Shown here: positions 34,901 through 43,300 of the stretch, piece after piece
Position numbering within the stretch: the first letter of the stretch is position 1
How the letters are laid out: each line of letters opens with the position of its first letter
Assembly (NCBI GenBank): GCA_044867735.1
Contig: JBIOVO010000286.1
Span: 1,666-65,665 of the forward strand
Length of the DNA stretch: 64,000 nt
From: Pyrinomonadaceae bacterium
GTDB taxonomy: Bacteria > Acidobacteriota > Blastocatellia > Pyrinomonadales > Pyrinomonadaceae
Direction: 5' to 3'
The notes under the pieces: model-generated
Database searches by the model: none
Told to the model about the DNA's origin: nothing
The model's input: the letters and a program-made list of their open reading frames with translations, nothing else
Translations under genes and position numbers: made by a program

Positions 34901-37295
34901 CATAAAGCCGGACGTTCATGTTGGCGAGCGGCTTGCCGATGATGTCGCCCGGCACAATCTCGTCATGCGCCAACTTGTAGTTGGTGCACATGATCGTGCC
35001 TTCCGTTGGTCCATAACCGATATAGCGCTGGGCCTGCGGAAACACCTCTTTCATCTTCTTCATTACATCCGCGGTAACCACGTCTCCGCCGACAAACAGT
35101 TTGCGAATTCGGTAACGATGCTCGATCCCTTTCTCTCTTACGTAGTCAAGAAAGTGGGACATGACGAACGGCAGCAGGTGTACGAAGGTGGTGTCTTCCA
35201 ACAACTTCGCGAACTTCTCCTGATCGAGCACATCCTGCTTGCGGATGACGCGCGCACTGCCGCCGGCGAGCAACGGACTCAGGAACTCGAAGATGGAAAT
35301 GTCGAACGAGAACGACGCCACGCAGGGGATCACATCGTCAGCGCCGATTCCAAACTGAATCTGACTGGCGAGGAGTGAATTCGTAAGATTTCCATGATCG
35401 ATCATGACGCCTTTGGGCGTGCCGGTCGTTCCGGAAGTGTAGATGATGTAAGCAAGATCCTCTGCGTCGCTGATGTGTTCGAGATTGTCTTCGCTATGTC
35501 GAGCGATGGCCGGCCAATCAGCATCGATACAAATAGACTCGATCTCTTGTTCCGGTAATAACTCCAGTAGCTCTTTCTGAGTAAGCAGAATCTGAGCGGA
35601 AGAGTCATTCAGCATGAAAGCAATCCTGTCCCGCGGATACTCAGGATCGACTGGCAGGTAAGCGCCGCCGGCTTTAAGAACAGCCAGGATTCCAACGACC
35701 ATGTCGAAGGAGCGTTGCATCATGATGCCGACCAGTACTTCTGGTCCAACGCCGGCCGATCGCAAGTGGCGGGCGAGTTGGTTGGCCCTGCGGTTTAGTT
35801 CGCCATAGGTCAGTGTTTGACCTTGAAAAATCAAAGCCGTTGCATCAGGGGTTCGTCCTGCTTGCGTTTCGAACAAATGCTGGACGCAGTCCTGGCTCGG
35901 AAGCTCAGTGGCAGTCTGATTCCAATCGACCACCAACTGCTGCCGCTCGGCTTCCGTCAGTAACGAGATCCGCGAGATCCGTTGCATGGGATCGCGCGCC
36001 ATCTGGTCCAGGATGTTGCCGAAGTGTTCAAGCAGCCGCTGAATAGCCTGCCCCTGGAATCGATGAGCGTCGTAGGTGATTCCGGTGGACCAGTGCTGAT
36101 CGATTCCGAATCTGATCGTGATGGGATAATTTGTGGTTTGGTACCGGCCAACTTGCGGTGCGTTTGCACCACTATTCGATTCACCATTTTTGGGAGAAGC
36201 GCTGCCGGGGAAAGTCTCAAATACCAGGAGACTTTCAAATAACGGAACGCCTCGCTCTACGTCACTCCAGCCCTGCACCTCCACCAGCGGGCTGTGCTCG
36301 TACTGTCGCATCTCGGTCTGTTCGACCTGTAAACGCTTCAGCCATGGTCCTACCTTCTCTTCGGTGTCAACCTGCACGCGTACCGGAAGAGTATTGATGA
36401 ACAGCCCCACCATCTGATCAACCCCCTCCAGCTCGGTGGGCCGGCCTGAAACGGTCGCTCCGAAGAGTACGTCTGTCTCACCGCTGTACCGCCACATCAC
36501 GAGCGCCCAGGCTCCCTGAATCAGCGTGTTCATTGTCACCTGCTGATAGCGTGCCAGCGCTTCCAGACCACGACTCGTCTGGTCGCTAAGCATGAGACTC
36601 TTTATTGCGTAATCCGGTGCGCCACCATTTTGGTGGGGCGTTTCCGGAATGCCTAGTTGGGTTGGCGAGGTAAAGCCCTGGAGTCTCTTTCTCCAGTAAG
36701 CCTCGGCGGCATTTAGATCTTGCTTTTGCAGCCAACTGATGTAATCGCGATATGGCCGCGGCTGTGAGAGTTCCAGTTGCCTGCCGTTGGAATAGGCTTC
36801 ATAAAAAGTAAAGACCTCATTCAACAGCAGCAAGGAACCCCAGCCATCAAGCAGGATGTGATGAAAGCTCCAGACAAAGTGCCAGGCGTCATCCGCAAGA
36901 CGCATCAAGGCGAAGCGCATCAACGGAGGTTCTGAAAGCTCGAAGCCGCGGGCGCGATCAGCTACGACATAAGCTTCCAGTTGTTGCTGCTGATCTTCCG
37001 GCGCCATGTCACGCCAGTCATCTACTTCCCACGGCAGGTCCACTCGTCGACGAACGATTTGGAGTGGCTTGTCGCGTCGTTCCCAGAGGAATGCAGTGCG
37101 GAGAATCGGATGGCGCTCGACTACCTGTGCCCAGGCTCGCCGGAAAGCTTCAACGTTCATATCCGCCTGAATCGTCCAGCTCGCCTGATCGAAGTACACC
37201 TCTGACTGAGGAGCCAGCAGGGTGTGAAAGAGCATTCCCTGCTGCATGTGTGAGAGCGGATAGATTGCTTCGATGTTGATATTCGATGTGCTCAT
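22935..37295 (-). CDS. NRPS, 3 modules + TE: C(DCL-type)-A[PRMT-fold MT insert]-T / C(LCL-type)-A[N-MT insert]-T-E / C(DCL-type)-A-T-TE
   Basis: This 4786-aa protein carries these motifs in order: YPLSHMQQGMLFH, HHILLDGWG, YIIYTSGTTGTPKG, FFELGGHSL, LPLSFAQQRLWFL, MHHIIGDGWS, YVIYTSGSTGKPKG, VLEIGCGTG, FFELGGDSI, HHLVVDGVSWRI, YPLSPMQQGMLFH, HHHLLMDGWC, YLIYTSGTTGKPKA, FFELGGNSL and GGYSSGG. Pocket codes read by eye are DIFHFGGIMK, DFWNIGMVHK (Thr) and DIFHFGAIIK. Confidence 0.95.
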   Translation of the reverse strand: MSTSNINIEAIYPLSHMQQGMLFHTLLAPQSEVYFDQASWTIQADMNVEAFRRAWAQVVERHPILRTAFLWERRDKPLQIVRRRVDLPWEVDDWRDMAPEDQQQQLEAYVVADRARGFELSEPPLMRFALMRLADDAWHFVWSFHHILLDGWGSLLLLNEVFTFYEAYSNGRQLELSQPRPYRDYISWLQKQDLNAAEAYWRKRLQGFTSPTQLGIPETPHQNGGAPDYAIKSLMLSDQTSRGLEALARYQQVTMNTLIQGAWALVMWRYSGETDVLFGATVSGRPTELEGVDQMVGLFINTLPVRVQVDTEEKVGPWLKRLQVEQTEMRQYEHSPLVEVQGWSDVERGVPLFESLLVFETFPGSASPKNGESNSGANAPQVGRYQTTNYPITIRFGIDQHWSTGITYDAHRFQGQAIQRLLEHFGNILDQMARDPMQRISRISLLTEAERQQLVVDWNQTATELPSQDCVQHLFETQAGRTPDATALIFQGQTLTYGELNRRANQLARHLRSAGVGPEVLVGIMMQRSFDMVVGILAVLKAGGAYLPVDPEYPRDRIAFMLNDSSAQILLTQKELLELLPEQEIESICIDADWPAIARHSEDNLEHISDAEDLAYIIYTSGTTGTPKGVMIDHGNLTNSLLASQIQFGIGADDVIPCVASFSFDISIFEFLSPLLAGGSARVIRKQDVLDQEKFAKLLEDTTFVHLLPFVMSHFLDYVREKGIEHRYRIRKLFVGGDVVTADVMKKMKEVFPQAQRYIGYGPTEGTIMCTNYKLAHDEIVPGDIIGKPLANMNVRLYDKQGQLVPIGVAGEIYLGGQSVARGYLGHPELTAEKFVVIDGERFYRTGDLARYLEDGNLEFIGRVDQQVKIRGYRVEVEEIESVINELPGVKECVVMARADRPGEKQLVAYVVPENVATNVDEGILLWPSIGEFFVFDELVYYGLTNDEERNDSYKVAIERAVKDKIVVDIGTGRDAIQARFCAEAGAKRVYAIDIVEESFRAASEQVRALGLQEQIVVLHGDATKIELPEKADVSVSEVVESIGGAQGAAHIINKSRRLLKEDAVIIPERSVTKIVAVSLPDELLHNPAFTSTAAHYVEQIFAQTGYKFDLRLCIKNFPSSNIVSTSGVFEDLDFRRHAEQNFCRHEELVITQDANLNGFLLWLNLHTAEDEVIDIMKGRSSWFPVYFPVFHPGLEVTAGDVVKLVCRGAVCENGLNPDYTIEGTIVRQNGEAIDFKHESFHHRPDYRKSPYHAQLFANDTIPVREERAALEPFLLRAHLQKSLPDYMIPTSFVLLEDLPLTANGKIDRRALPAPELPGFGGAADFAEPQTLVQEILVATWIAVLKVERVGIHDNFFELGGHSLLATQVISRIRESFQLEIPLRAIFENQTIATLSARIEAELTSEHGTSAPPITVVSRDEPLPLSFAQQRLWFLNQLEPLSTAYNMPAVLRLAGPLQVDVFEKSLREIIRRHESLRTRFVLKDGQGRQEICDPYPFEIPVIDLRSLPPDEREAEVARLALAEAHEPFDLSQVPQIRVKVLRLDESEHVVLFTMHHIIGDGWSFTVLTKELGVLYDAFSRGEASPFPELKIQYADFATWQRGWLQGAALEQQLNYWRKQLANIPDQLELPIDKPRPAVQQFRGATESITLSQELTEKLRALSYKQGSTIYMCLLAIFQTLLYRYSGQTDIVTGSPIANRTRSEIEGLIGFFVNALVLRTKVDGDLTVRQMIARVREVCLGAYAHQDVPFEQLVEELQPERDLSRQPLFQVMFILQNLPQDISVSTGLTIKPVDVESTTSKFDLSFFWAEAETLMGTIEYNTDLFERSTIVRMLGHFESLLEAAVANPELKLSELPLLTEGERRQLLANSNSKPETYGADVCLSDLFERVVDRSPDAVALTFEDQNITYAELNRRANQLARHLMRSGIGPDSLCGVLMERSVEMIVSVLGILKAGGAYVPMDPSYPRERLAFMLEDAQLSILLTQEKLVELLPEISITTIRVDADWADIAVEPEDNPVQVGTPENLAYVIYTSGSTGKPKGVLIQHDNVIRLFRATDAWFHFDENDVWSFFHSYAFDFSVWEIWGALLYGGRLVIVPHWVSRSPDSFHELLRTEKVTVLNQTPSAFRQLIRADEAAPSTDELSLRFVIFGGEALELESLRPWLDRHGDSKPQLVNMYGITETTVHVTYRPLSSSDLDQAGKSVIGCPIPDLETYLLDSNFELAPESVAGEMYVGGDGLARNYLNRPDVTAERFIPHPFSAVPGERLYRTGDLARWIGKDELEYLGRIDQQVKIRGFRIELGEIESVLRQHPALRDALVVAREDQPGDKRLVSYVVPTSRLQDQSDEDLGNQWSEDQVSEWQMIFDETYAQPSTQSDETFNIIGWNSSYTNQPIAAEEMQVWVNQTVDRILALRPQSVLEIGCGTGLLLFRIAPHCESYHGTDFSVASLRKVQQVMDKSEDDFSHVTLVRKDAADYDDGETEKFDTVIINSVAQYFPGIDYFVQVVENAVKSVRPGGHIFIGDIRSLPLLETFHASVQLSQALDSVSKSELRERTKRYLSQEEELVIDPAFFHALKQYLPNIGRVEIQLKRGPHHNELTKFRYDVVLHIGNESESNEIEWLDWEEQGLTLPAIRQTLAANGIEGLGLRGVPNARVLADAKLIELIADPNGPDRVAEIRETLRTVATSGEEPDDFRALGSELQFQVDVSWALDIADGSFDVVFRRPESAPKITTQNESPQSGSLMPLTWQTYASDPLQVKWTRNLVSRLRAFASDKLPDYMVPSNFVIMDAFPLTPNGKVDLKALPGPDGVRLESKDEYVAPRTPAEEILTKIWAEVLRLQRVGVNDNFFELGGDSILSIQTIARAREAGLHLTPKDLFQHQTIAKLALVAKSSATFQAEQGLVTGEAPLTPIQHWFFEQQLSEPHYFNQSMLLELRQAVDPVLLAEAVRHLVLHHDALRLRFEQSESGWRQYHAEADEPISFTNCDLTSVPESEQSKVIEATAAKAQTELNLTAGPVLRVIYFDLGEGRPARLMLVCHHLVVDGVSWRILLADLQQAYRSLADGESVQLPPKSSSFQQWSQALTEYAGSEELAQQIDYWQKAERKHVRSLPRDYEDGENLVSSTQTVVVGLGRPNTEALLQEVPGVYHTKINEVLLSALALALKQWSGQNAVLVDLEGHGREQISDSVDVSRTVGWFTSIYPVLLEVHGSKDRIGEVLKQVKEQVREIPGQGIGYGVLRYVGGESQLQAQPPAEVVFNYLGQTDGMLGDTGVFGIARESSGSQCSQQGTRQHLIDINSLVVGGQLQLSWSFSGNLHRRETIEQLAKDFINCLEAIISHCQSEDAGGYTPSDFPLARLSQSELDQVLRERRQNIDDLYPLSPMQQGMLFHSLYAPDGQLYFNQLSSPISGQINSDNFKRAWQEILDRHPILRTAFVWAGLKQPLQIVPNRVELPWEQLDFRGLPAEEQTRKVQEFLLADRTRGFDLTKPPLMRVALIQLGDAQWQVVWSHHHLLMDGWCMPIILKEFSALYDALQRGENIPPATTRPFRDYIAWLQRQEVTKAEEFWRGLLKGFDSPTSLGIYKLTDEKPNSDSGEKTIKLSPEATTRLESLARQYQLTLNTLFQGAWGLLLSRYSGESDVVFGATVSGRPADLEGVENMLGLFINTLPVRLKVDPEQMTLDWLKELQEQQVDARQYEHAPLMAIQSWSEVQRGSLFESILAFENYPVNGPTANRPRSANFEMPDVKLFQRTSYPLSLMAWPAGPNLAMQLGYDSRFDDATVDRILHHLEVLLENILTKPDQRLREVSMLTTAEREQLLTQWRPNSTPVDADCVHQLFETQAAKSPDQVALTCGDRQLSYSELNEKANRLAHYLRSLGVGPEVRVAHCFERSLDAAISLIAVLKAGGTLVPLDPEHPRDRQTFVLADSEASIVLTQSWLSDTLPPHSGRIVYLDKEAETVALQSAANPENLSQSSDVAYLIYTSGTTGKPKAVMVEQGSFSNTLLATQSVFDFVATDVLLCMASFSFDISLFELMSLLLVGGRTIIVTRQEALDLKQLTEILRDVTFLHSTPGWMRQFVNHLKNHSASSAGARVREVFTGGDQVPVDLLREIQQVFPKAEQKVAYGPTEGAIICTAYDVSPDQLPKRSPLGKPLANMSVRLYDKQGQLVPVGVVGELYLGGRCVARGYLNRPELTAEKFVVIDGERFYRTGDLARYLEDGNLEFAGRVDQQVKIRGYRVETEEIETVLSEHQGIRECVVTARADANGEKQLVAYVVPSNGQNGHGDFDASQLKRHLQQYLPEYMVPATFVQLDSLPLTSNGKVDRRALPAPDGMRYSVRSFVAPRNATEIRLKKIWEEMLNVRPIGITDNFFELGGNSLLTLSLIGQIQKEFEVELQLADVMTVATIKGLAELIQENKQDDEWSPLVPIKPSGSKLPFYCVHAGGGNVVGFYDLAQCFEEDQPFYGIQATGLVEGQEPLNRIEDMAALYVEAIRKQQPQGPYLVGGYSSGGIIAFEMAQQLQRQGQEVGVVAMLDCFRMSPDRERVEKDDANLISLFVRTLGRILPVEELRQVESGKQVEYALERGREARLIRTFVEEQKLVATYHVMKALKQATQAYRPQVYPGTITLFRPIHTTAEVERNIARLSKITNRTAVVLASLVIVLSGLSFFGVLPSIVLAGVLSLIVVSCVVLGIIAPKDLLNTPAQKLNGLARFRPLRAVAGGIYYLHAMREDQKGNFDVGTDMTLGWGEVSAQPVEVVEVPGNHMSIVMKPDVQELAAGLTKSFSKLN
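22938..24047 (-). other. Terminal thioesterase domain carrying an ~85-aa insertion with two predicted membrane helices (23214-23348)
   Basis: TE motifs are LPFYCVHAGGGNVVGFYDLA, GGYSSGG (Ser at about 23781-23783), VVAMLD and VPGNHMSIV. An insertion lies between ITLFRP and LGWGE. It is TAVVLASLVIVLSGLSFFGVLPSIVLAGVLSLIVVSCVVLGIIAP (45 uninterrupted hydrophobic or small residues, with Pro mid-way), plus a basic stretch. Confidence 0.7.
28990..30290 (-). other. Canonical NRPS N-methyltransferase (M) domain inserted between A8 and A9 of module 2 (Thr code)
   Basis: Motifs are VLEIGCGTGLLLF (about 30011-30051), FDTVIINSVAQYFP and GGHIFIGDIRS. The insert is followed by LPDYMVPSNFVIMDAFPLTPNGKVD (about 28958). 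Confidence 0.85.
33450..34560 (-). other. PRMT-fold (protein-arginine-methyltransferase-like, Rossmann + beta-barrel) domain inserted between A8 and A9 of module 1
   Basis: This covers about residues 912-1282. By-eye alignment to PRMT1 gives these pairs:
- LTNDEERNDSYKVAI to MLKDEVRTLTYRNSM
- KDKIVVDIGTGRDAI to KDKVVLDVGSGTGIL
- CAEAGAKRVYAID to AAKAGARKVIGIE
- IVVLHGDATKIELPEKADVSVSEVVESIGG to [28 protein letters not shown]
- LKEDAVIIPERSVTKIVAVSLPD to [21 protein letters not shown]
- SSWFPVYFP to THWKQTVFY. Confidence 0.65.
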
Positions 37296-37310
37296 TTAGA
37301 CCCCGTCTGG

Positions 37311-40300
37311 TTACGAAAGTTCAGCCACGAGTTCGTCCAGCTCCTGCTGACTCAATTCTGCTTCCGGGAAATCCGAGGGAGTGAAACCAGCGACTTCTCC
37401 CCACTGACATTGCTCAATCAACTGCTGCAACGCCGTGATGAAGTCGGCCGCTACGCCTTCCACTGTCTCTCGCTTGTGTGTCTGTTGGGAGTAGATCCAC
37501 GTAAGCTGTAATCGTCCGCCTGCTACTCCGCCGGAGATCTCCAACAAGTGCTTCCGCTGGTTCTTCGCACTGCGACCCATTCCCGGATTCTCGCCCGCCT
37601 GCGCTAACATCGCACCGTCGCTCAGCGTTTGATCAAACTGCCCGCTGTAGTTGAATAACACTTCTGCCTGCGGCATCTCGCGCAAGCGATCTCGCACGCC
37701 TTCTGCTCCCAGGTACCGCAGAATTCCATAGCCCGTTCCCTGCTCCGGTATCCGTCGAATCTGCTCCTTCACTTGCTTCAGTACTTCGCCGACCGTTTCG
37801 TTTCCGGGCACTTCCAGCAACACCGGATAGATCGTGGTAAACCAGCCAACCGTCCGCGACGCATCCACGCGTTCGCTGATCGGATCTCGTCCGTGCCCCT
37901 CCATGTCGATCAACAACAGCCGCTGCGAGCTCCACTGCTTCAGCGCCACGGCCACCGCGCTCAACAACACTTCATTGATCTGCGTGTAGTAAGCCGCCGG
38001 CACTTCCTGTAGCAGCGCTTCGGTCTCCGCCTGACTCAGACTCACGGTCACCATACCCGCGCTGCTCACCAGGTTTTCTTCTCGACTCTCGTAATCGCGC
38101 GGTAAGCGCTGCACTTGCTCACGATCCGCGTGCAGCCAGTAATCCTCTTGCTCTTTGGCTGCGTCACTTTCTGCATACGCTGCCACTTCTTCGGCCCACT
38201 GCTGATACGACGTGCTCTTGAGTGACAACGGCACCTCCTCGCCGGCAACCAGCGACCGGTAACTCTGCTGCAAGTCTTCCAGGATTATTCGCCACGACAC
38301 TCCATCAACGACCAGGTGATGACACACCACCAGCAACCGCGCTGTTTGTCCTGCACCCGGGTCGAAGTACACGAAACGAACCAGTGGTCCTTCACTCAAG
38401 TTCAAACTCGCCTGCACTGCCGCTGCCTCTGCCTCGATGGCCGCGCGATGCTCGTTCTCTGGCACCGTACTCAGATCAAATCTGGTGAAGCTGACTGGCT
38501 CTGCCGCATCCGCGTGATACTGACTCCAACCTGACTCCGTTCGCTCGAAGCGCAACCGCAGCGCATCATGCTGAAGCACCACTTGCTGCGCCGCCCTCTG
38601 CAACAACTCCGCATCCACTTCCTCAAGCACTTCGAACATCAGACTCTGGTTGAAATGTTCAGGCTCGCTCAGTTCCTGCTCGAAGAACCACGCTTGTGAA
38701 GGCGTCAACCGCACTGGACCAGTCACCAACCCTTGTTCGGCGTCAATAACGCCGCCGGATCCGATGGCCTCCAGCAAAGTAGCGATCGTCTGGTGTTGGA
38801 ATAGATCCTTCGGTGTGAACTGGAACCCGCGCTCTCTGGAGATCGCGATGATCTGAATACTGATGATCGAGTCGCCGCCGAGCTCAAAGAAGTTGTCATT
38901 TATCCCGACTCGCTCAACACCCAGCGCGCGCTGCCAGATCTCCGCCAACATCGCTTCGCTCATCGACCTCGGCGCGACGTATTCATTCAGAATCAGCGAC
39001 ATGCCCTCGAGGCTGGGCAGCTTCTTTCGATCCACTTTTCCATTAGGCGTCAAAGGCAGCGCTTCGATCTTCATCAACTGCGTTGGCACCATGTATTCCG
39101 GCAGCTTCTCTCTCAGGTTCTCTCGCAGCTCGCGTGCGCTGACCCCACTTCCGGGTTCTTCCACGACGTAAGCCACGAGTCTCTTATTGCCGGCTCCATC
39201 CTCTTTCACCGCTGCGACGCTCACCATCACTGAAGGATGTTCGTTGAGTGCCGTTTCAACCTCTCCCAACTCAATTCGGAATCCGCGGACTTTCACCTGC
39301 TGATCTCGTCGCTCGACATATTCCAGCTCTCCTTCAGCTTTCCACTTCACTACGTCACCGGTGCGGTACAATCTCGATCCTTTGTCGTTACCGAATGGGT
39401 TCGCTATGAACCGATCGGCCGTCAGTTCCGGCCGGTTCATGTAACCTCGACCCACGCCGTCTCCACCGATGTACAACTCACCAGGCACGCCGATCGGCGC
39501 CGGTCTCAGTTGTTCGTCGAGAACATAAAACTGCGTGTTTGCGATTGGTTTTCCAATCAACACTGAGCCGCTGCCGGGTGCTACGCGCCACAGTCCCGAC
39601 CAGATTGTTGTTTCGGTTGGACCATACAGATTCCACAACACGCTTCCTTCGCCGATCAGGTCGTTTGCGAGTTCACGATTCAAGGCTTCGCCGCCACACC
39701 AGCGTTGCAGGTTATCGAGTCCTTCCAGTCCGGCGCCTGCTAAGATCCTCCAGGTAGCGGGAGTTGCTTGCATGACGGTGGCGTTGCCGGCGATCAGTCG
39801 CTCCTTGAGTAGCTGACCTTGAGCCGCCAGCTCGCGGCTAACAACTTCAACTTGAGCGCCACAGATCAGTGGCAGGAAGATTTCCAGTGCTGCTATGTCG
39901 AAGGATAGAGACGTAACTGCCACCAGGTAATCGTTTGCGGTGAGTCCAGGCTCGCGCCGCATTGAGTGTAAGAAGTTGACCAGCGCGCGATGCTGGATCT
40001 GGACGCCTTTAGGATTACCTGTCGAACCTGAGGTGTAGATTAGATATGCCAGGTTGAACGGGCCGACGTTGGCTTCCGGGTTTTCGTCGGAGTAGTTGAA
40101 GAAGAGAGGCTGATCCGCGTCGAGGCAGAGAACACGAGCAGCGCTCTGAGGCAACGAAGTAATCAAAGAATCTTTCGTGAGTAGGATTGAAGGCGCAGCG
40201 TCACTGAGCATGAAAGAAAGTCGCTGCTGTGGATAGGTCGGATCCAGCGGCAGATAAGCGCCGCCTGCTTTCAAGATCCCCAACAAGCCAACCACCATCT

Positions 40301-43300
40301 CCACGCTGCGGTCCATGCACAACCCAACCACCACTTCCGGACCAACACCGAGCTCTCGTAGGAAATGCGCGAGTTGATTGCTTCGCCGGTTCAACTCGCC
40401 ATAGGACACCTGCTCACCTTCGCAGACCAGCGCCACTGCTTGCGGTCGCTCTGCTGCGCGCGCTTCAAACAACTGCTGCACACAGATCTCATCCGCATAC
40501 TCGCGCGCCGTCTCGTTCCACTGATTCAGCAGTTGATCCTGCTCCGCTCCACTCAGCAGTTCTAACCTCCTCACCTGCTGTTTGACGTCAGCCACCATCC
40601 CTTGAAGCACTCGCTCCAAATGCTCCAGGATGCGAGCGATCGTCGCTTCTTCGAATAAGTCCTGCTTGTACTCAATTGCGAGTTCCCAGCCTTCCTGTCC
40701 CTGCCTCACGCGTAACGTCAAATCAAACTTCGATATTTCGCCTTCGACGCCTTCCAACTCAACCTGCATGTCACCAATCTGCCAGCCCTTTTCATCTCCT
40801 CCGCCCTCCAATTCATACATGACCTGAAACAGCGGCTGGTGACTGAGGTCTCGCTCCGGCTGCAACTCTTCCACCAATTGTTCAAACGGCACTTCCTGAT
40901 GCGTGTATGCGCCCAAACACACTTCACGAACGCGCTCCAGCAGTTGCCGCACACTCTCTTGCTCTTCGACTCGCGTTCGCAGGACGAGTGTGTTCACGAA
41001 AAATCCGATCAGCCCTTCGATCTCCTGACGCGTCCGCCCCGCGATCGGTGTTCCAACTACGATCTCCTGCTGTCCGCTGTAGCGCGCCAGCACCACTGCA
41101 AACGCCGCCAGCACACTCATATAGAGCGTCACTCCTTCGCGCCGGCTGAGCGCCTCGATCTGATGCAACAACTCCCCTGACAAGCGGCGATGCAAAACGC
41201 CACCACGGAAACTCTGCACTGCCGGTCGCGGATGGTCCGTCGGCAACTCCAACACCGGCGGCGCTCCCTGCAACTGCTCTCGCCAGTACTTCATCTGCTG
41301 ATCCAGCACTTCTCCCTGCAACCACTCTCTCTGCCACACGGCATAGTCCGCATACTGAATCGGCAACTCCGGCAACGGCGACAACTCTCGCCGGCTGAAA
41401 GCGTCGTAGAGCACCGTCAGCTCGCGCATCAGCACGCCCATCGACCACCCGTCACTCACGATGTGGTGCATGGTCAACATCAACACATGCTCGTTCTCCG
41501 ACAGTTGCAACACCGTCAACCGCACCAGTGGTCCAACCGTCAGGTCAAACGGCTTGCGCACTTCCACCGTTGCCAGCCGCCGCACTTCCTCCGCCTGCTC
41601 GACTCCCTCGTATGACCTCAGATCGATGATCGGCACTTCCAGTTCCGTCGCCGCGCTGATCTCCTGTCGCGCACGTCCGCGTTCCGTGACAAACCGTGTA
41701 CGCAACGATTCGTGTCGTCGCATTACTTCTTCAACTGCCTTTGTGAAGACTTCCGGATCGAACGGCCCGTGCAGACGAACCACTGCCGGGACGTTGTAGG
41801 CGTTTGACATCGGTTCAAGTTGGTCCAGGAACCACAGGCGCTGTTGGGCGAACGACAACGGCAGCACTCTCTCGCGGCTGACCGGCGCCATCGGCGGCGC
41901 CTCGACCTGCTGCTCTTCCCGCATTCCCTGTTCGACGGCTTCCGCGAAGCTGCTCAACTGCGGTGCTTCGAACAAACTACGCAGCGGCAGTTCCAATATG
42001 AACGTCTCTCGGACTCGCGAGATCACCTGCGTCGCCAGCAATGAATGACCGCCGAGTTCGAAGAAATTGTCGTGTATACCGACGCGCTCCACGCCCAATA
42101 CTTCCGCCCAGATCCCAGCCAGCAACTCTTCCACGGCCGTTCGCGGCGCCTCATACTCTTGCTTTCCTTTCAACTCTAGATCGGCAGCCTCCAGCGCCTT
42201 TCGATCTACTTTTCCATTGGCAGTCAGCGGCAGTTCCGTCAACTCCACAAACACGCTCGGGATCATGTACTCAGGCAGCTTCGTCTCCAGATATGCGCGC
42301 AGCTCATTCACTTCCAGCTCCGCTCCGCCAGCCGTCACCACATATCCCACCAGCCGCTTCTCGCTTTCGCCCTCCGCCCGAACTATCACCACGCTCTCGC
42401 TGATCCCTTCATAACCAGCCAGCGCTTCTTCCACTTCACCCAACTCGACCCGGTATCCACGTACCTTCACTTGCTGGTCCGCACGTCCGATGAACTCCAA
42501 CTCTCCGGCTGCATTCCACCGCACGACGTCTCCCGTGCGATACAACCGCTCTCCGGCTCTTCCACTCACGACGTCCGGCACAAACCGCTCGGCGGTCAAC
42601 TCAGCGCGTCCCACATACCCACGCGCCAGCCCGTCGCCGCCCAAGTACAACTCACCGCGCACACCCACCGGCGCGGGCCGCATTTGCTCATCCAGCACAT
42701 ACACGCGCGTGTTGGTGATCGCTTTTCCGATCGGCACACTCTCTCCAGCCACCACCTCGCCCGCTCGCATCACATGACAGCAACTGAACGTCGTGTTCTC
42801 CGTTGGCCCATACCCATTGATCAGCACGCGCTCTTTGGGTCCTTCGCCGTCCAGCACAGCTTGCACTGCTCGAACGCCCAGCACATCGCCACCAGCCAGC
42901 AGTTGCTTCACTTCTCTCAAGCTCTCCAGTTGCTCCGTCGCCATCACCTGGAACAAACCCGCCGTCAGCCACATCGTGCTCACGCTGTGACGCGCCATGG
43001 TCGCTGCGATCTCCGCCAAACTCGGCTGTCCCGCCGCCATCACCACCAGCCGCGCTCCGTTCAGCAGCGCACCCCAGATCTCTAATGTCGAGGCATCGAA
43101 ACTCACCGGCGCCATTTGCAGCACCACTTCTTTTTCGTCCAGCGTCACGTAGTTGCTATGCTGCACCAGCCGCACTACGCCGCGATGCGGCACCGCCACG
43201 CCTTTCGGCTGTCCTGTCGAGCCTGACGTGTAGATCACATAGCAGAGCGTCTCCGCACTCGCTCCGCTCTCCGGATTACTGCTCCATTCGAAGCCTGCCT

